The notes: generated by a model not told the origin, from the sequence alone. A stretch of 64,000 nt of DNA from the human T2T-CHM13v2.0 reference genome, Homo sapiens (GCF_009914755.1 NC_060929.1), one strand, 5' to 3'; positions 12,869 through 26,705 are shown, counted from the first letter of the stretch. A program made the numbers and translations.

Positions 12869-14890
12869 TATTTTTCTATTCTCTATTTTGTTTATCTGTA
12901 CTCTAGTCTTTAATATTTTCTTCCTTCTGCTAGCTTTGGGTATAATTTGTCCCTTTTTTGTAGTTCTTTTAGATGTAAAATTGGATTGTCGATATTAGAA
13001 TTTTCTTGTTTTTTTTTTTTTTTTTTTTAATGTAAGTGCTTGTATCTCTTAATTTTTCCCCTAGCACTATCTTTGCTTTCCCCTTAAATTTCGACTAGTG
13101 TGTTTTCATTTTCCACTCCTTGCTAAGCATGTTCTACTTTCCCTTGGGGTTTTCTTTGAATCATTTTGTTTAATAACATGGTTGTTTAATTTCCACAAAT
13201 TTGTGAATTTTTCAGAATTTCTGGTTTTAAGATTTTAGTTACATTCTGTTGTGGTTGGGAAAGGTACTTTGTATTATATCTATCTTTTAAAATTGATTTA
13301 GACTAAATTTGTAGTTTATCATAGGTATATCCTGGAAAATGTCCTGTGTGCATTTGAGAAGAATGTACATGCCGAAGTTATGGGTAGAGTGTTCTATATA
13401 TGTCTGTTACATTTGGTTGGTTTATTGTGTCAAGTTCTCTATTTCCTTACTTATTTGTGTGTTCTATCCATTGTTGATAATAGAGTATTGGAGTCTGCAA
13501 CTATTATTGTAGAACTGTCTATTTTTTTTAATGCTGTTTATTTTTGTTTCTTATATTTTTATGGTCTGTTACTAAATGTGTAGATATTTATAATTGTTAT
13601 ATATTCTTGCTTTATTAAAATTGTCATTCATAGCAACTGAAAGAAAAGACCTAAATGTTTAAAAAGGAATAGCCTGGTGTTTATTCTAAATGCTATATTT
13701 TAATAAATGTAGTTATATATTGTAAAAAATTTTTAAAGTACAAAAGATGAAATTATTATTCATGGGTTTTGTCTTTTATAACTATTTTTTAATTTAAATT
13801 GTCTTTTCTCTAATATTCGTACAGTCACCTCTGTTCTCTGTAGGTAACTATTTGCATGGAATGTCCTTTTTCATCTTTTCCTTTTTAATTTATCTGGGTC
13901 TTTAGATATAAAGTGTGTTTCTAGTAGACAGCATATAGCTAGGCCATGTTTATAATTCATTCTCTGAATTTCTGTCTTTTGATTGGATAATTTAATCCAT
14001 TTATATTTAAATTAATTACCGATAAGGGGGAACTTCTGTCTTTTGTGTACTTTTTATATTCCTCATTTTTTGTGTGTGCTTTTGCCTTATTTGTTGCCTT
14101 ATCATCTTCTTATGTGTTAGTCAATTTTTTTGGGTATATACTGTTGCTATTTTGTGTGTGTGTGGTTAACCTGGAGACTACATTTAACATCCAAAAGTTC
14201 CAACACTCTAATTTGAATTTACACCAGCTTAAATTTAATAATATATGGAAACTGTGTCCTCACTCCTTTCAGTTCTTCATGATATACAATTACATATTTA
14301 CATATTCTGTATCCCAAGACATAAACTGCGAATTTTTTAATACATTACTCACTTAAATTATGTATAAAACAAAATGTTTCTACAGTTTACAAAGTTATAA
14401 TACTAGCTTTTAGATTAATCATTGTTTTCTTTATACTATTCTCTTAAATCATGTAGGAAACCAAAAGTGGTGTTATATGCCATTGTTACAAAAATACTAG
14501 CTCTCATAATTGTCCATGTATTTGACTTTACTGAGATATCTATTTCTTCATATAGCTTTAAGTCACTGTCTAGTGTCTTTACATTTTAATCTGTAGGACT
14601 CCCTTGAATATTTATTGCATGCCAGGTATAGAAATATTCCTCAGCTTTTGTTTATCTGAGAATATCTTAATTATTCTTTCAAATTTGAGTGACATTGTGG
14701 CCAGTTATAGGAATCTCAGTTGACATTTTTTCCGTTTTCACATTTTGAATACATCAACCTACTGCCTTTAGGCCTCCGAAGTTCAGATGACAAGTCTGCT
14801 GGTATCGTTTTGAAGATTGCGTATACGAGATGAGTTGCATTTCTTTTACTGCTTCCAAAATTCTCTTTGTTTTCCCTTTCAATAGTTTGC

Positions 14891-15016
14891 TTTTATTTTA
14901 TTTTTTATTTTTTTTTATTTTTTTATTTTATTATTATTATACTTTAAGTTTTAGGATACATGTGCACAATGTGCAGGTTTGTTACATATGTATACGTGTG
15001 CCATGTTTGTGTGCTG
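14891..15016 (-). mobile_element. Short 5'-truncated L1PA 3' end nested in the L1MB
   Basis: T-rich tail then TTATTATACTTTAAGTTTTAGGATACATGTGCACAATGTGCAGGTTTGTTACATATGTATACGTGTGCCATG. Confidence 0.9.
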
Positions 15017-16389
15017 TTAATTTGTCTTGGTTTGCACCTGCTTGTGTACCTTACTCCAAGTTCTACTGAGCTTCATGGATATTTATATTCTGGTTTCTTA
15101 TTAAATTTGAATGGTTTTTAATCATTATTTTTTTTTAATTCTCTGTCTCTTTTTTTTATCCTCTAGGACTACCACAATGTGTGTGTTAATTGGCTTGATG
15201 ATGTTCCAGAAATCCCTTAGGCTTTGTTACTTTTCTTCGTTCTTTTTTTTCCTCTGTTCCTAAGACTCCACTGTGTCCATTGCTGTATCTTCAAGTTCTC
15301 TGATTCTTTCTTCTGCTTGATCAAATCTGCCTTTGAATCCCTCTAATGAAGTTTTCCATTTCCATTATTGTAATTTTCAACTTCAGGATTTGTTTTTTCC
15401 TTTTTAGGTTTTCTATCTCTTTATTGATATTTCCATTTTGTTCATATATCATTTTCCTGACTTTCTCCATGTTCTCCTTTAGTTCTCTGAGCATCTTTAG
15501 AACATTTTTGAAACCTTTGTCTAACAGATCTGCCATGAGGTCTTTCCCAGGGACAGTTTTTGTTGGCTTGCTTTTTTTGTTTGTTTGTTTGAATGGCCTT
15601 AACTTTCCTGTTTCTTTGTATTCTTTGTGATTTTCTTGGTTGAAAACCGGGCATTTAAGTCTAATAACGCAGTACCTCTTGAAACCAGGTTCTCTGCCTT
15701 CCCCAGAATTTGTGGGTGGTGGTTTTTGTTTTCTGGATTATTGTAGGCCATGTCCATATCAACAGTCAGCCTAAGGTGTAAACTTAAAGTCTTTTCGTTT
15801 CTGTTCTAAACTTGCACCTTCACCTGTGTATTTGCAGTGTCTTTATAATTTTCTCCATATATGCATTTCCCTTCCAATGTCTTATTTGTAACAACTGGCT
15901 TCTAAAAGGGGAAAAAGAGAACAATAAAGGGGAGAGGGATACTAGCCCTTTAAGTCCACCGGAAGTCACTTCACCCAGAGGGTAGGGTTACAATAATGGG
16001 GGAGGTGCAATGAAATATGCACTGTCTCTTTTTCTGCACTTCTGTAACCAAAAGCATCAATCAGTGATCAGAGCACAGAGGCAAGATATTAGGAAGTCAG
16101 AGTTCTTTTCCCCACTCTGACTCCCGCAAGCTGCTTGCTATGGGAATGAGGGGTAGGATATGGGTGCCTGCTACCGTGCTAAAAGGTGAAATCAACTAAA
16201 ATTAATGGAAAGTTACTGTTTACTGAAATTAACTGAAAGTTACAGTCCAAGACTTCCTCTGGAAGTTGCAAACTTTCAATAGGCTCCAAGTTCCAAACTA
16301 GTTCCATCAGACCGATACTACCAGAGCTATTGTGTAGGGAAGCTGGCCGATTTCTGCTGGATCCTACTCTGCCACCTTCCCAGAATCCT

Positions 16390-19300
16390 TTCCTATTCTT
16401 AATTTCCAATATTGCCCTGGGCAGTCCAGTTACTTGAATTTTAGAACTAACTTGTCAAATTTGTAAAAAGGCTTGCTGCAATTATGAAATTATCTGACTC
16501 TATAGAATAATTTAGTTAAAACTGTTTTCTAATCCATAAATATGGTATATCTCTCCTTTATTTAGGTCTTTTAAAATTTCTGCCACTAATGTTTTAATTT
16601 TCACCTAATTAGTCTGTAATTTTTTTTCTTTAAAATATTTCTGTCAAGTTTTGGGATTTGGGTTAGACTGTGAAGTAATTCAGAAGAATTCCCTGCTCTA
16701 TTTTCTGCAAGTTTGCATAAGTTGGTAAATAAATTAAAACTTTTTTAAATTAAATTTGGTATCCAAATCAATAGTAAATCATTTGAACTTGGACTTTAAT
16801 TTGTAGAAGCTTTCAATAAAAGTTCTATTTTTTACATATAGTGTTCAAATTCTGTTTCATGTTGTTTGTTTTAGCAAGTTGTATTTTTTAACAGATTTCT
16901 TCCTCTTTACATAAAGGGTGAAATTTGTTTTCTTTCATTTTCCATATTCCTCATTCATATTCTCTTCTTTCTTCTTCATTCTTGCTGGGTGTTTATCAAA
17001 TTTATCTTTTTAATGAACCAATTTTGGTTTTGAAAATTATCTGTTGCTCTCTGTATTTAATTTCATTGATTTTTGTTCTTTTTTTTTTTTTTTTTTTAAC
17101 TATTTATTCTGCACTATGGGCTTAGATTATTCTTCTAATCCAATATTCTCAAAGATTAACTTTAGGTTATTGATTTTAGACCTTGTTTAAATGTTTCCAA
17201 TATTAAAGGTTATTGCTACAGATTTCCCTCTAATCACTGCTTTAGCTGTATCCCACATATTTTGATCTATTTTTGTAATTATTCAGTCAGATGTATTTTC
17301 TAATTATCTGAGTAATTTATTATTTTGCTTATTTAGAAATGCATTTGTTAATTTCTAAACATGTGGTTTTTATGTTTTAAAATATTTGTTTCTAATTTAA
17401 TTTTTGCCAAAGAGTATTTATTGTCTATTCTTAAAATTTATTGAGAGTGTTTTATGGACTGAAATATGATTCGTATTGGTTGCTTCTTTTGCCCTTAAAA
17501 AGGCTCTATATTCTAATATTTATGGGTGAAGTGTTCCACAAACATCCATTAGATCCAATAGCTTAATAGCATTACTCAAATCTTCTATATCTCTCCTGAT
17601 TTTTATCTGATTGCTCTCCTAATTTTTAAGAGATGCCTGTTAAAATCTATAACTATGGAATTATCTGTTTCTTTCTTTAGCTGTGTCAATTTATAATTTA
17701 TGTATTGTGAATTTTTATTATTTGTCAAATACCAACTTACACTGTTATGTCTTTCTGGATAACTGATTATTTGCAATTGTAAAATATTTTTATAGATCTC
17801 TGGGCATACTGTTTTGCTTGAAGCAATTAATATATTCATATACCTGTGCAATGTGACAGAACGTGCCCTTTCTTATGCTTATCATCTGCATTTTTTAATC
17901 TTGGAAGTCTCTATGTATTTATATAAATAATAATTTTTGTACTCAACATGTACTTAGGCTTTTTTTTAATCTATTATGAAAACCTTTGACTTTTAATTGC
18001 AGTGTTCCATTAGCATATGCTATTTTTTATATCGTTGAAACAAATGTCTACTGTTTGACAACTTGATTTTAATTTCTCCTCTTTTCCTTGTTTCTTTGTT
18101 CTTTTCCTTTGAATTAACTACCTTTTTTAGAATTTTATTTGGATGTATTTACTTACTTTGCATATATTTTTAGAGCTGCTTTAAGGATGGAAGTACGTTT
18201 TCTTAACATTTATAATCTATATAACAATATTGTGCAAGTATATTTAAAATATATGAAAGTTTCAAATGAGTAAAAAATTATCGTTTCTAGTATTTATGCT
18301 TTAATTTTATATACATCACATGTATAGACATTATAAATAAGCCCTTAATATAATATTGAATTTGTTATTTTATTTTATTTTGTTTTTGAGACAATGTCTT
18401 GCTTTGTCACCCAGACTGGAGTGCAGTTGCACAATTTGAGCTCACTGCAACCTCTCCCTCCCGGGCTCCAAGTGATCCTCCCGCCTCAGACTTCTGAGTA
18501 GCTGGGACTACAGATGCATATCACCATGCCTGGCTAATTTTTGTATTTTTTGTTGAGACAAAACATGCATGCCACGTTGCCCAGGCTGGTCTTGAACTCT
18601 TGAGCTCAAGCCATCCACCCACCTTGGTCTACCAAACTGCTGGGTTTACAGGCGTGCACCGCTGTGCTCAGACTAAATTTCTTATTTCAAATAGTCATAT
18701 TTAGTTTTTAAATGCTTATGAAAAGACAAAATTACCCATGTGTCTATCATTTCTGATGTTGTTTATATTTTTCTGAAATGCCAATATTTCATCTGAGATC
18801 ATTTCGCTTATATCTGAAGCACTTTCTATAACTTTTGTTGCAGTGCAAGTCTGCTAGGGGCAAATTATATTAGTTTTATCTCATCAGCATAGGTATTTGT
18901 TTTGATTTCATTTTTGAAGAACATATTTTTTCTATATATTATTCTCAATTAACAGCTCTTTTCCTTCACTACTTTTAGATGTTAATTTACTGCCTTCCGT
19001 CTGCCACAGTCTCTAGTAAAATGTTGGCATCATTTCATTCATTGTTTTCTTTTATGTAATGTTTCATTTTTCTCTGATTAATTTCAAGATTTTCTTTGTT
19101 TAATTTGCATTAGTTTGACTATGGGTCTAGATAGTATTTTTTTATAGTCTGTCTGTTTGATGCTGCCTGATCTTTTTTGAATTAAAAAATTTATATCTCT
19201 AACTATATAAGAAAAAAATTTCAGCCACTCTTTCTTCAACTATATTTTTTGCTTCATTTTCTATTTCTTCTCTTTCTGCCAAATCATAGACATTTTGATA

Positions 19301-20280
19301 TTGTCCCATATTGCTTATATTTTCTATCTTGTTACTCTTTCTAAAGTATGGATATTTATTTCTGTCAATTATCAGGTTCACAGACTCTTACTTTCTTAAA
19401 CTTCAGTCTGCTATTAATGCCATTCAATGCATTAAAAATATATATATAGCATGTTCCACTTTCCTATTTTTTAAGTTCTGTTTCTTAATTGTGTATTTCT
19501 GTATTTTCATTCATTACAAACATATTTTCATTCATCACGTATTTTAAAAATGGACTTAAAAGTTTTGTCTCTTATTTCCAACATCTGCCATTTCGAGGGT
19601 AATCTCTTTTGATTGTCTTTTCCCCTAATGATCTGTCATATAATTGTTTCTCTGTATGCTACATAATTTCAGTTTATATGCTGGACACTGTGAATTTGAA
19701 TTGCAGGGATTATGAATTTTTTTCTGTTTATCTGAAGAATATAGATTTTTTTAAAAAGGCAATTAGCGTGGCTGAACTCGCACTTCCAACTTTGTCCTTA
19801 CTAAGGTGGACAGTAGATAAAAATCTCTGTTCACTTTTCTTCAGTGTTCATTTAACTTCTGGTGATGTGCTCTGTGCCTACATGGTTATTTGGTCAGTCA
19901 GTGTTTTGGGCAGGCAGGGATTATCTACATTACTTAGAGCTCCTCAACTCTGGCACTTTCCTTAGATTTCCTCACTTTGCAAGTGCTGTGATTTCCCCAA
20001 ATTCTCTATTACTTCAAGTTTATAAGACTGCAGCTTTTATGTCAGCACATTAAGCACCCCACATGATGAAAACTTGAGACTGTTCTCAGAGTACATGCCG
20101 CACAAAATATAAAGCTCAAACCCAGCCCTTTATTTCTTCGTAGTGTCAATTTCTCTTCAGTATCTCCCTGCCTCCCTGCCTTTTTTCATTCACCAGTACC
20201 TTAAATTAGGTTGTACCTATTGTCCAAAGGTTATAATTGTTATCTTTGGAAGAATTATTAGAAGTGCCACTCACAGTTAC
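16390..20280 (-). mobile_element. Old L1 (L1ME-type) ORF2/ORF1/5' region, highly diverged
   Basis: Endonuclease-like remnant in ORF 17603-17851 (KLTQLKKETDNSIVIDFN) and ORF1p-like remnant in ORF 19199-19381 (EREEIENEAKNIVEERVAEIF); T-rich antisense composition. Confidence 0.75.
18361..18673 (-). mobile_element. AluJ-like
   Basis: Reverse Alu; GTTGCCCAGGCTGGTCTTGAACTCTTGAGCTCAAGCCATCC is J-type. Confidence 0.93.
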
Positions 20281-22894
20281 CCGTTGTTTACCCATTGTAA
20301 AATATTACTTTTCAGAATAATATGTTTCCATCTGCCTGTGTGTAAACTTGAGATCATACTAAAGCTTATACGGAGGTTTTCTTGTTTTATTATTATCATT
20401 CAACTTTCTTCTCTTCATCATTTTTACCTTCATTTTTGTTACCAATATCATGAAATCCAACATTTATTTATGTTTATTTCATTTTACACATGCTTCATAT
20501 GTTAGCATACATCTTACCATACATTATTCCTAATAAGTATATGGAATTTAAGTATGTGTTATTGTTTTCTCAATTTTATTAAGGAGAAAATGAGCTTAAA
20601 AATCTAAAATATACTGTCTACAGCTCACAGAACATATACTGATGTTCTGTGTTACATAATACTCAGATATATCAGTCTAGTTCATATTAAATGTCCCAGT
20701 TTTGACAGTTTTAATAGTGTTTCATAGGATGGATATATCACAAGGTATTCAAATACTCACATATTGCAATGATAAAAATAAATCTTGTCAAAACTCTATA
20801 TTGATGAAAAATTGCATATGGAAGAACTAAGATATACAATTAGAAAGATAAGAACAGATCATTAAGAGCTATGAATACTATGCTAGGGACTTGTAAATTA
20901 TGCTCAGGCAATAAAAAACCACCAAAAATCTCCAAGTAGAAGAATGGCATGATTACAGTGACTTGATTAGCCATTTGAATGTGAATCATAAGCTGCAGAG
21001 AGAGATGGCAGATAGACTAAGCCACTGCAAAATCTGGAAGGAAGACTCTATGTACTTGAATTAAGCAGTGGAAAGAGAGTTCTAAAAAGGATATGGATAC
21101 AGGAGGTGATCAACAGAAAGAAGTAAGTTAACACATTAGCATCTTGGTGTTAAAACAAAAATAATCTATGCAAATGCCAAACAAAATCTAGAAATAAAAC
21201 CATATTACAGATAAGTCAGAGTAAAACAACTGTTCTTTAAGTGGCTGGGTAATCGAGGTCCATCTGTTTTTTCTGTCTTGTGTGGGGATGTGTGTTCAGC
21301 TATGATACTGTCAATCTTTCATATGCTTCTTTGTCAAAAGCAGTTCATGTTTACTTATAAATAATTATAATCTTTTGTTCAGGAAAATAGCATTGCTGGA
21401 GGTGCTCAGATATGCAGAACACAATTTCAACACAAAGAAGAAAGTTATCTAAATTGCCCAGAATTTTCGTAAATTACACATGTAGGTATAATAGTTAAAT
21501 ATCAATCAGCAGATTGTTTAAATTAGTTCATGTATTGTGTTGAATAAATTATGTAAAAATTAATTATTATAAAGGCCAGTAAGACTGGGACTTACATTTT
21601 ACTTTTGTGTACATGTAACAGACTTTTAATGTTCCTTTCAATAATGCTTAAATCTATAGTGGTTACACAGAGAAAACCTTGAATGTTTTACATATATTCT
21701 TCTCAGATAATGATATATAGTATTTCTGTAATGAAATGTTCTAAAATGTGCTTTATATCCTTTTTGATTAAATGGAACTACTTTTAAATGTCCGATTATT
21801 GCAGAAGACTACAAATTGAAGCCCACTGAAGATTTTAGACTGAAGATTTTGCCAATTTTTAACTTCTCCTATTTAATTTTCACATGCACTACTTTTATTT
21901 TTACTACAGTTGAAGTTGCCACCTCTGACTGGAAAAATACCTGTCTACATATTTCTTCTTTTGTAATATATCTACTTCCATTTCCATATTTATATTAAAT
22001 TTTGGCTTTTTTTTTTTTTGTAAGTGATTGAGCTGAAAGTTCAAACAGGTGACTCACTATCAAGGAATAGGTTACTGGTTTATTAATATTTTAACATTTT
22101 CCTTAGGCAAACATTAAAGCAATTGCCATTAAGTAAAGGCTTTAGAAATAACCTGCTCCTGGATACAAGAAATATAATTGTTTTCTGGGACAATAGCATT
22201 ATTTTAAAAGCTTTTTAGCCAGAGTTTTTATTACTTGTCTTTTTAGAACTTATTTGAAACATGAATCATAGATAATCAAGCTTTCTTTAAGACACATATA
22301 TTTCATTTGAAATTAAAATATTTTATATATTCCTATTAAAAACTCATATCAATATAAAGTACATTCTTTGTGATGATTTTGTGGGCTGAAGAAATGTTGC
22401 AGTTTTGAAACATTAAATGAAAATTGAAATAATATCCTTTTAAAATGAGGCAAAGTCCATCATGAACATTGTTCTTACAGTTTGATTATTTAACATACTT
22501 ATATAAAAGGGTTGTAAATTATGTATAAATTCTTGATATTAATCACATAAGTTGTGTACATAGAACCTTTCCCTGGCACAGAAATAATAAATCAGTTAAA
22601 TGCATTTATTGTGTTAAAGTATATTAGTCATGTCTCAGATAATTTTATTCTTTAATGCCATACACAAGAGTAATTTTCTCTTAGGGTGAAATGATTACTT
22701 AAATGTTATTCTGCAAACCTTGGCAGTCTCTACTACTTCAATAGAAAGTATTAAAAAAAAAAAAAGATCAGAGAAGTGATTGAAGACAGATCATCAACTA
22801 TCAGTTGAGAACAGGAGAAGCAGCCTTAAACGCTGCTTACAAAAGCTACTTACTCTACCCCATTTTACTTCCAGCTTTACTCTCATATTATTCG

Positions 22895-23055
22895 TGTTAA
22901 TCTGCCCAGATTATTTACACTTTTTATGCTTCTGCTTTCCTATTTGTGAAGTGGGGATGTTAATGGTACCTATATATGAGGGTATTTATGAGGAGTCCAT
23001 GAGATAATATCTGTATAGCACTTAGCCTTATGACTACCATGCTATTACTTAGCAG
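22895..23055. mobile_element. MIR
   Basis: Core-like CTGCTTTCCTATTTGTGAAGTGGGGATGTTAATGGTACCTA...ATGAGATAAT..TAGCACTTAGC. Confidence 0.75.
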
Positions 23056-23499
23056 ACAGTAAAGAGAGTTTGGTTAAGATAGCTATTTATTCTATATTAT
23101 TTCATATCTGAAAGATATTTTCTAAATCAATTGAAAAGCTGTAGGTGGATATACAGAAAATCTTAATGTTAGGGAGTTTTTATTTTTTATTCCCCAAATC
23201 TATGCTTCATTTCTTAAATTTGGAAGGCTCATATCTTCTATAGGTCAAGCCTATGAAATTTTTCAGACTTCAAAATTAAAGTTATTTCTTTGCTTCTCGA
23301 TTATCAATTAATTTTTACTTGACATATTTTCAACCAGAGTATAGCTAACTTCTGCCATAAAAGCCTGCTAGTATTATTAACCAACATGAATTAAACACAT
23401 ATTTGTTGAACATCTACTCACTACTCAGTAGGCTGCTCGTGGTAGGTGGTGCAAAGAACAAGACAACTACAATTAAATTTCAGGCCAAATCTAGCAGAG

Positions 23500-23750
23500 G
23501 ATTATTTCAGCCTGGTCCCCCTAGGAAACTCTGAAGTTATTCTTAAGCCCAGTGTTACACCAATCTGGATTAAGGGTGCTGGCCTTTTATAATCTTCCAG
23601 GCCACACACGTTGACAAACAATTTCCCTTGGAGGAAAATAATTCCCAAGAACTTCTGATTGGGGTGCAGAGTGACTCCAATAACTTGAGGGCTGACCACT
23701 AAAGAAAAGTCACAGGTGAAGGTTATTGAAGACAAATCCACATTAAACTG
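23500..23750. mobile_element. Possible old ERVL LTR fragment (LTR16/LTR33-like)
   Basis: AGTGTTACACC..TAAGGGTGCTGGCCTTTTATA and ATTCCCAAGAACTTCTG weakly resemble this family. Confidence 0.35.
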
Positions 23751-24329
23751 GCCAAAAAAAAAAAAAAAAAAAAAAAAAGGTGGGGGGAGGTGGCGGGAAG
23801 GGGACCAGGAAACTTTAAAAAAAAATGACATGATGTGAGTGAAGCACCAGACGTTTCTAGTACACATTTTTAGCGTACATGTTATGATGATTAAATAAAA
23901 CTATCCACCTAAAACGTTTAGCAGAGCTCCTGGCACAGTAAGAACTGATTGCTATCCAGTTATTATAGCATTAAGGATAAGTGTAGGGTTTTCTGGCATT
24001 ACAGGTGGGTGGGTGTCAAACCTAGCTTTAGTGGGAGGTAGGAGTGGTGGGTGGTTAATGGATGTCAGAAAATTCTTCCTAGAGGAGTTAGCATGTATGC
24101 TATGTCTCAAAGCATGGTTAACCCATTAAGGAGAGCTACAAGGACTACAGAAGTGGGACTGGAGAGAAGAATGAATAAGAGTGTAAAAGGAAGTGAGAGC
24201 AGCAGGTATAAAAGTCAGAGACAAGAAAAGTCATAACAGGGAATGTGTGTATTTTTGTGCAACTTGAGCAGAGTATTAGGATAAATTAATTTGGGATGTC
24301 AATGGACCATGTTAAAGTGGTATTACTTT

Positions 24330-25180
24330 GGCATTCATTCATTCATTCGTCCTAACAATATTTACTGGGAGTTTTTTCCATGTCAGGACCTTTCTAGAAA
24401 GTGAATAAAACATACATCAGTGAATAACAAAAAACTGACTTATATTTTTTTAAAAAGCAGACAACAAGCAAGTAACAAAATATGTAAGTAAAGCAGAGAA
24501 GATGTTAGACGGTGATAAATGCTTAAATTTTTGTTTTAAAATAATGCAAAGTAAGCCTGTTAGAGACAGGGGTGGGAGTAGGGAGGCTACAATTAAAGAG
24601 AGTAGTCATAGTAGGCGTCATCAAATAGGTAACATCTGAGTAAAGGCTTAAAAACACTTTACTGATGATTGACATGACTGATATTAGGGGAAGAACCAGG
24701 AGGCTGATGTTGATGAAAAGAGCAAGTACATAAATGAATAGTAATAAGTGATGTCAAAGAGCTAATGGGAATCAAGATCTTGTAGGGTCTTGTAGGCCAT
24801 TGAAGACATTCTGTATCTTGCTCTGAGTGAAATTGGGATAAAGGAAATGATCTCTATACTGTTTTTAAAAGATTACCCTGGTAATCATATAGAGAACTGA
24901 TGAAAGAAGCAGAGCTAGTATATGTAATCAAACTAATTAGGAGTCCATTGCAATAAACAAGGTGAAAGATTATGGGGGCTTGTAAATAAATGGTAAGAAG
25001 TGGTAAATTCTAAATATATTTTGAAGGTGCAGCCAAGATTTCTTGGTGAATTGCACCCTGGTGTATGAGAAAGATGAGTCAAGAATGACTCAAATTTTGG
25101 CTTTGCACAACTGAAGTAATGGAGTTGCTGACATTTAAAATATGAAGGCTATTACAAGTTGGAGTGGCCAATTCAGTTTG
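24330..25180 (-). mobile_element. L2 (L2a-like), 3' part
   Basis: CATTCATTCATTCATTCGTCCTAACAATATTTACTG terminus; TGTAGGGTCTTGTAGGCCATTG; TATATTTTGAAGGTGCAGCCAAGATTT; GTCAAGAATGACTCAAATTTTGGC. Confidence 0.85.
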
Positions 25181-25720
25181 AGAAAAAAAGATAAAAGGCA
25201 TCCAAATTGGAAAGGAAGACATTAAATGGTCTCTGATTGCAGATGACATGATTTTATATATAGAAAATCCTAGAGACTCTATCAAAATACGGTCATTACT
25301 AATAAATTCAGTAAGTTGCAGGATACAAAATCAACATACAAAAATCAATTGTGTTTATATACACTAACAATGAACTAGCTGAGAAAGAACTTATGAAACA
25401 GTCCCATTTACAATAGCATGAAAAATATTAATAATAAAATACTAATAAATTTAACCAAGAAGGTGAAAGCTCTATACACTGAAAATTTGAAGACATTGAT
25501 GAAAGAAATTATAGAAGACACAAAGAAAGACATTCTATGTTCATGGAAGAATTAATATTGTTAAAATGTTGCTGACACCCAAAGCAATCTACAGATTGAA
25601 TGTAATCCCTATCAAAATTTCAGTGGCACTTTTAAAAAAATAGAAAAAAGAATCCTAAAATTCATATGGAACCACAGAAGACCCCAAATAGTCAAAGCTA
25701 TCTTGAGAAACAACAAAACT
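25181..25720 (+). mobile_element. Internal L1 ORF2 (RT domain) fragment lacking both ends
   Basis: ATAAAAGGCATCCAAATTGGAAAGGAAG..CTGATTGCAGATGACATG (L-I-A-D-D-M, the FADD position) to GTCAAAGCTATCTTGAGAAACAACAAAACT. Confidence 0.88.
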
Positions 25721-25935
25721 ATAGAGATCAGTAGGGATTGAGATATTCTATTAAGCATGCAAGTGGAAATTTCAAGTAGGTAGTAGGATATGTATTTTGA
25801 TTTTTGGAACGAATTTTGAAATATAAATTTGGAAGTTCTTGACATATAGATGGTATTTAAAACCATAAGACAAAATGTAATTACCAAGAGAGTGAGTCTA
25901 GTTAGAAAAGAAAAGAGGACAAGAAGTGTTTTATC
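25721..25935 (-). mobile_element. L2 continuation
   Basis: TTGAGATATTCTATTAAGCATGCAAGTGGAAATTTCAAGTAGG...ATATAGATGGTATTTAAAACCAT. Confidence 0.8.
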
Positions 25936-26126
25936 CAACATTATAACAAATTGGTTGGTATTTAAAAATGTTCCCTCTGGTTAGACCTTTCCCCAGTCCT
26001 GATTTTTAAATCTTTAATAGGTAAATCAGTAAACAGACATTAGTAACCTTTTTCCTGAGATTGTGAGATTGTTTGGCAAATTTTTCAGAAGGACTGCTTA
26101 AGATTTATATTTCTGATAAAAAAATC

Positions 26127-26682
26127 TATATTAATCGTCTATTGCTGCATGACAAGTTATTCCAATGCTCAGTAGCTTCAAACAGCAGGTATTTATTATC
26201 TCACAATTTCTGTGGGTCAAACTTAGCTGAGTCCATTGCTCCAGGGAATCCCACAAAGCTGTAATTATGGAATCAGCCAAGGTTCTCACTGGAAGACTCA
26301 AATGAGCAAGAATCTTCCAATGTCCTTCACATGGTTGCTGGCAGGAATTAGTTCCTCAAAGATCACTGAATTGAGGAGCTTCTCTCTTCCCTGGTGGTTA
26401 GCCAGGGGTTATTTTCAGTTCCTTGTCATGCAGACTTCTTCAGCTTGCCTCATCGGAGCAAGTATGTGAGAAGAGGGAGAGAGGGAGTGGAGAGAAAGTC
26501 TTCGAGAAGCCATAGTGTTTTTTGTAATCAAACCTGGGAAGTGTTATCCCATTACTTTTGCCATATTCAATTCATTAGAAGCAAATAAATGGGCCCAGCC
26601 ACACTCAAGGGAGAGGATTGTATAGGGCATGAATACCAAGAAATGAGATCACTGCAGGCCATATCATAAGCTGCCTGCCACA
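26127..26682 (-). mobile_element. MaLR solo LTR (MLT1F/G-like)
   Basis: TATTAATCGTCTATTGCTGCATGACAA..ATTTATTATCTCACAATTTCTGTGGGTCA...CCAGCCACACTCAAGGGAGAGGATT...GCTGCCTGCCACA. Confidence 0.8.
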
Positions 26683-26705
26683 CAACCCTTATTATTAAAT
26701 AGAGC

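Larger units (their letters stand above)
9648..16387 (-). mobile_element. Near full-length degenerate L1MB-type LINE-1 (3' UTR, ORF2, ORF1, 5' UTR)
   Basis: 3' UTR TCTTGCAAAACTAAAACTCT..CATTCTACTTTCTG; continuous antisense ORF2 to ~14.0 kb; ORF1p coiled-coil remnant in ORF 15321-15536 (LKMLRELKENMEKVRKMIYEQNGNINKEIENLK); 5' end CCTACTCTGCCACCTTCC. Many stops and frameshifts. Confidence 0.88.

Noticed and set aside
23742-23778. ATTAAA followed by a ~25-nt poly-A, suggesting a retrocopy end
   Set aside because: The signal is only 6 nt from the A-run, there is no TSD, and the upstream DNA looks like an old LTR fragment rather than mRNA.
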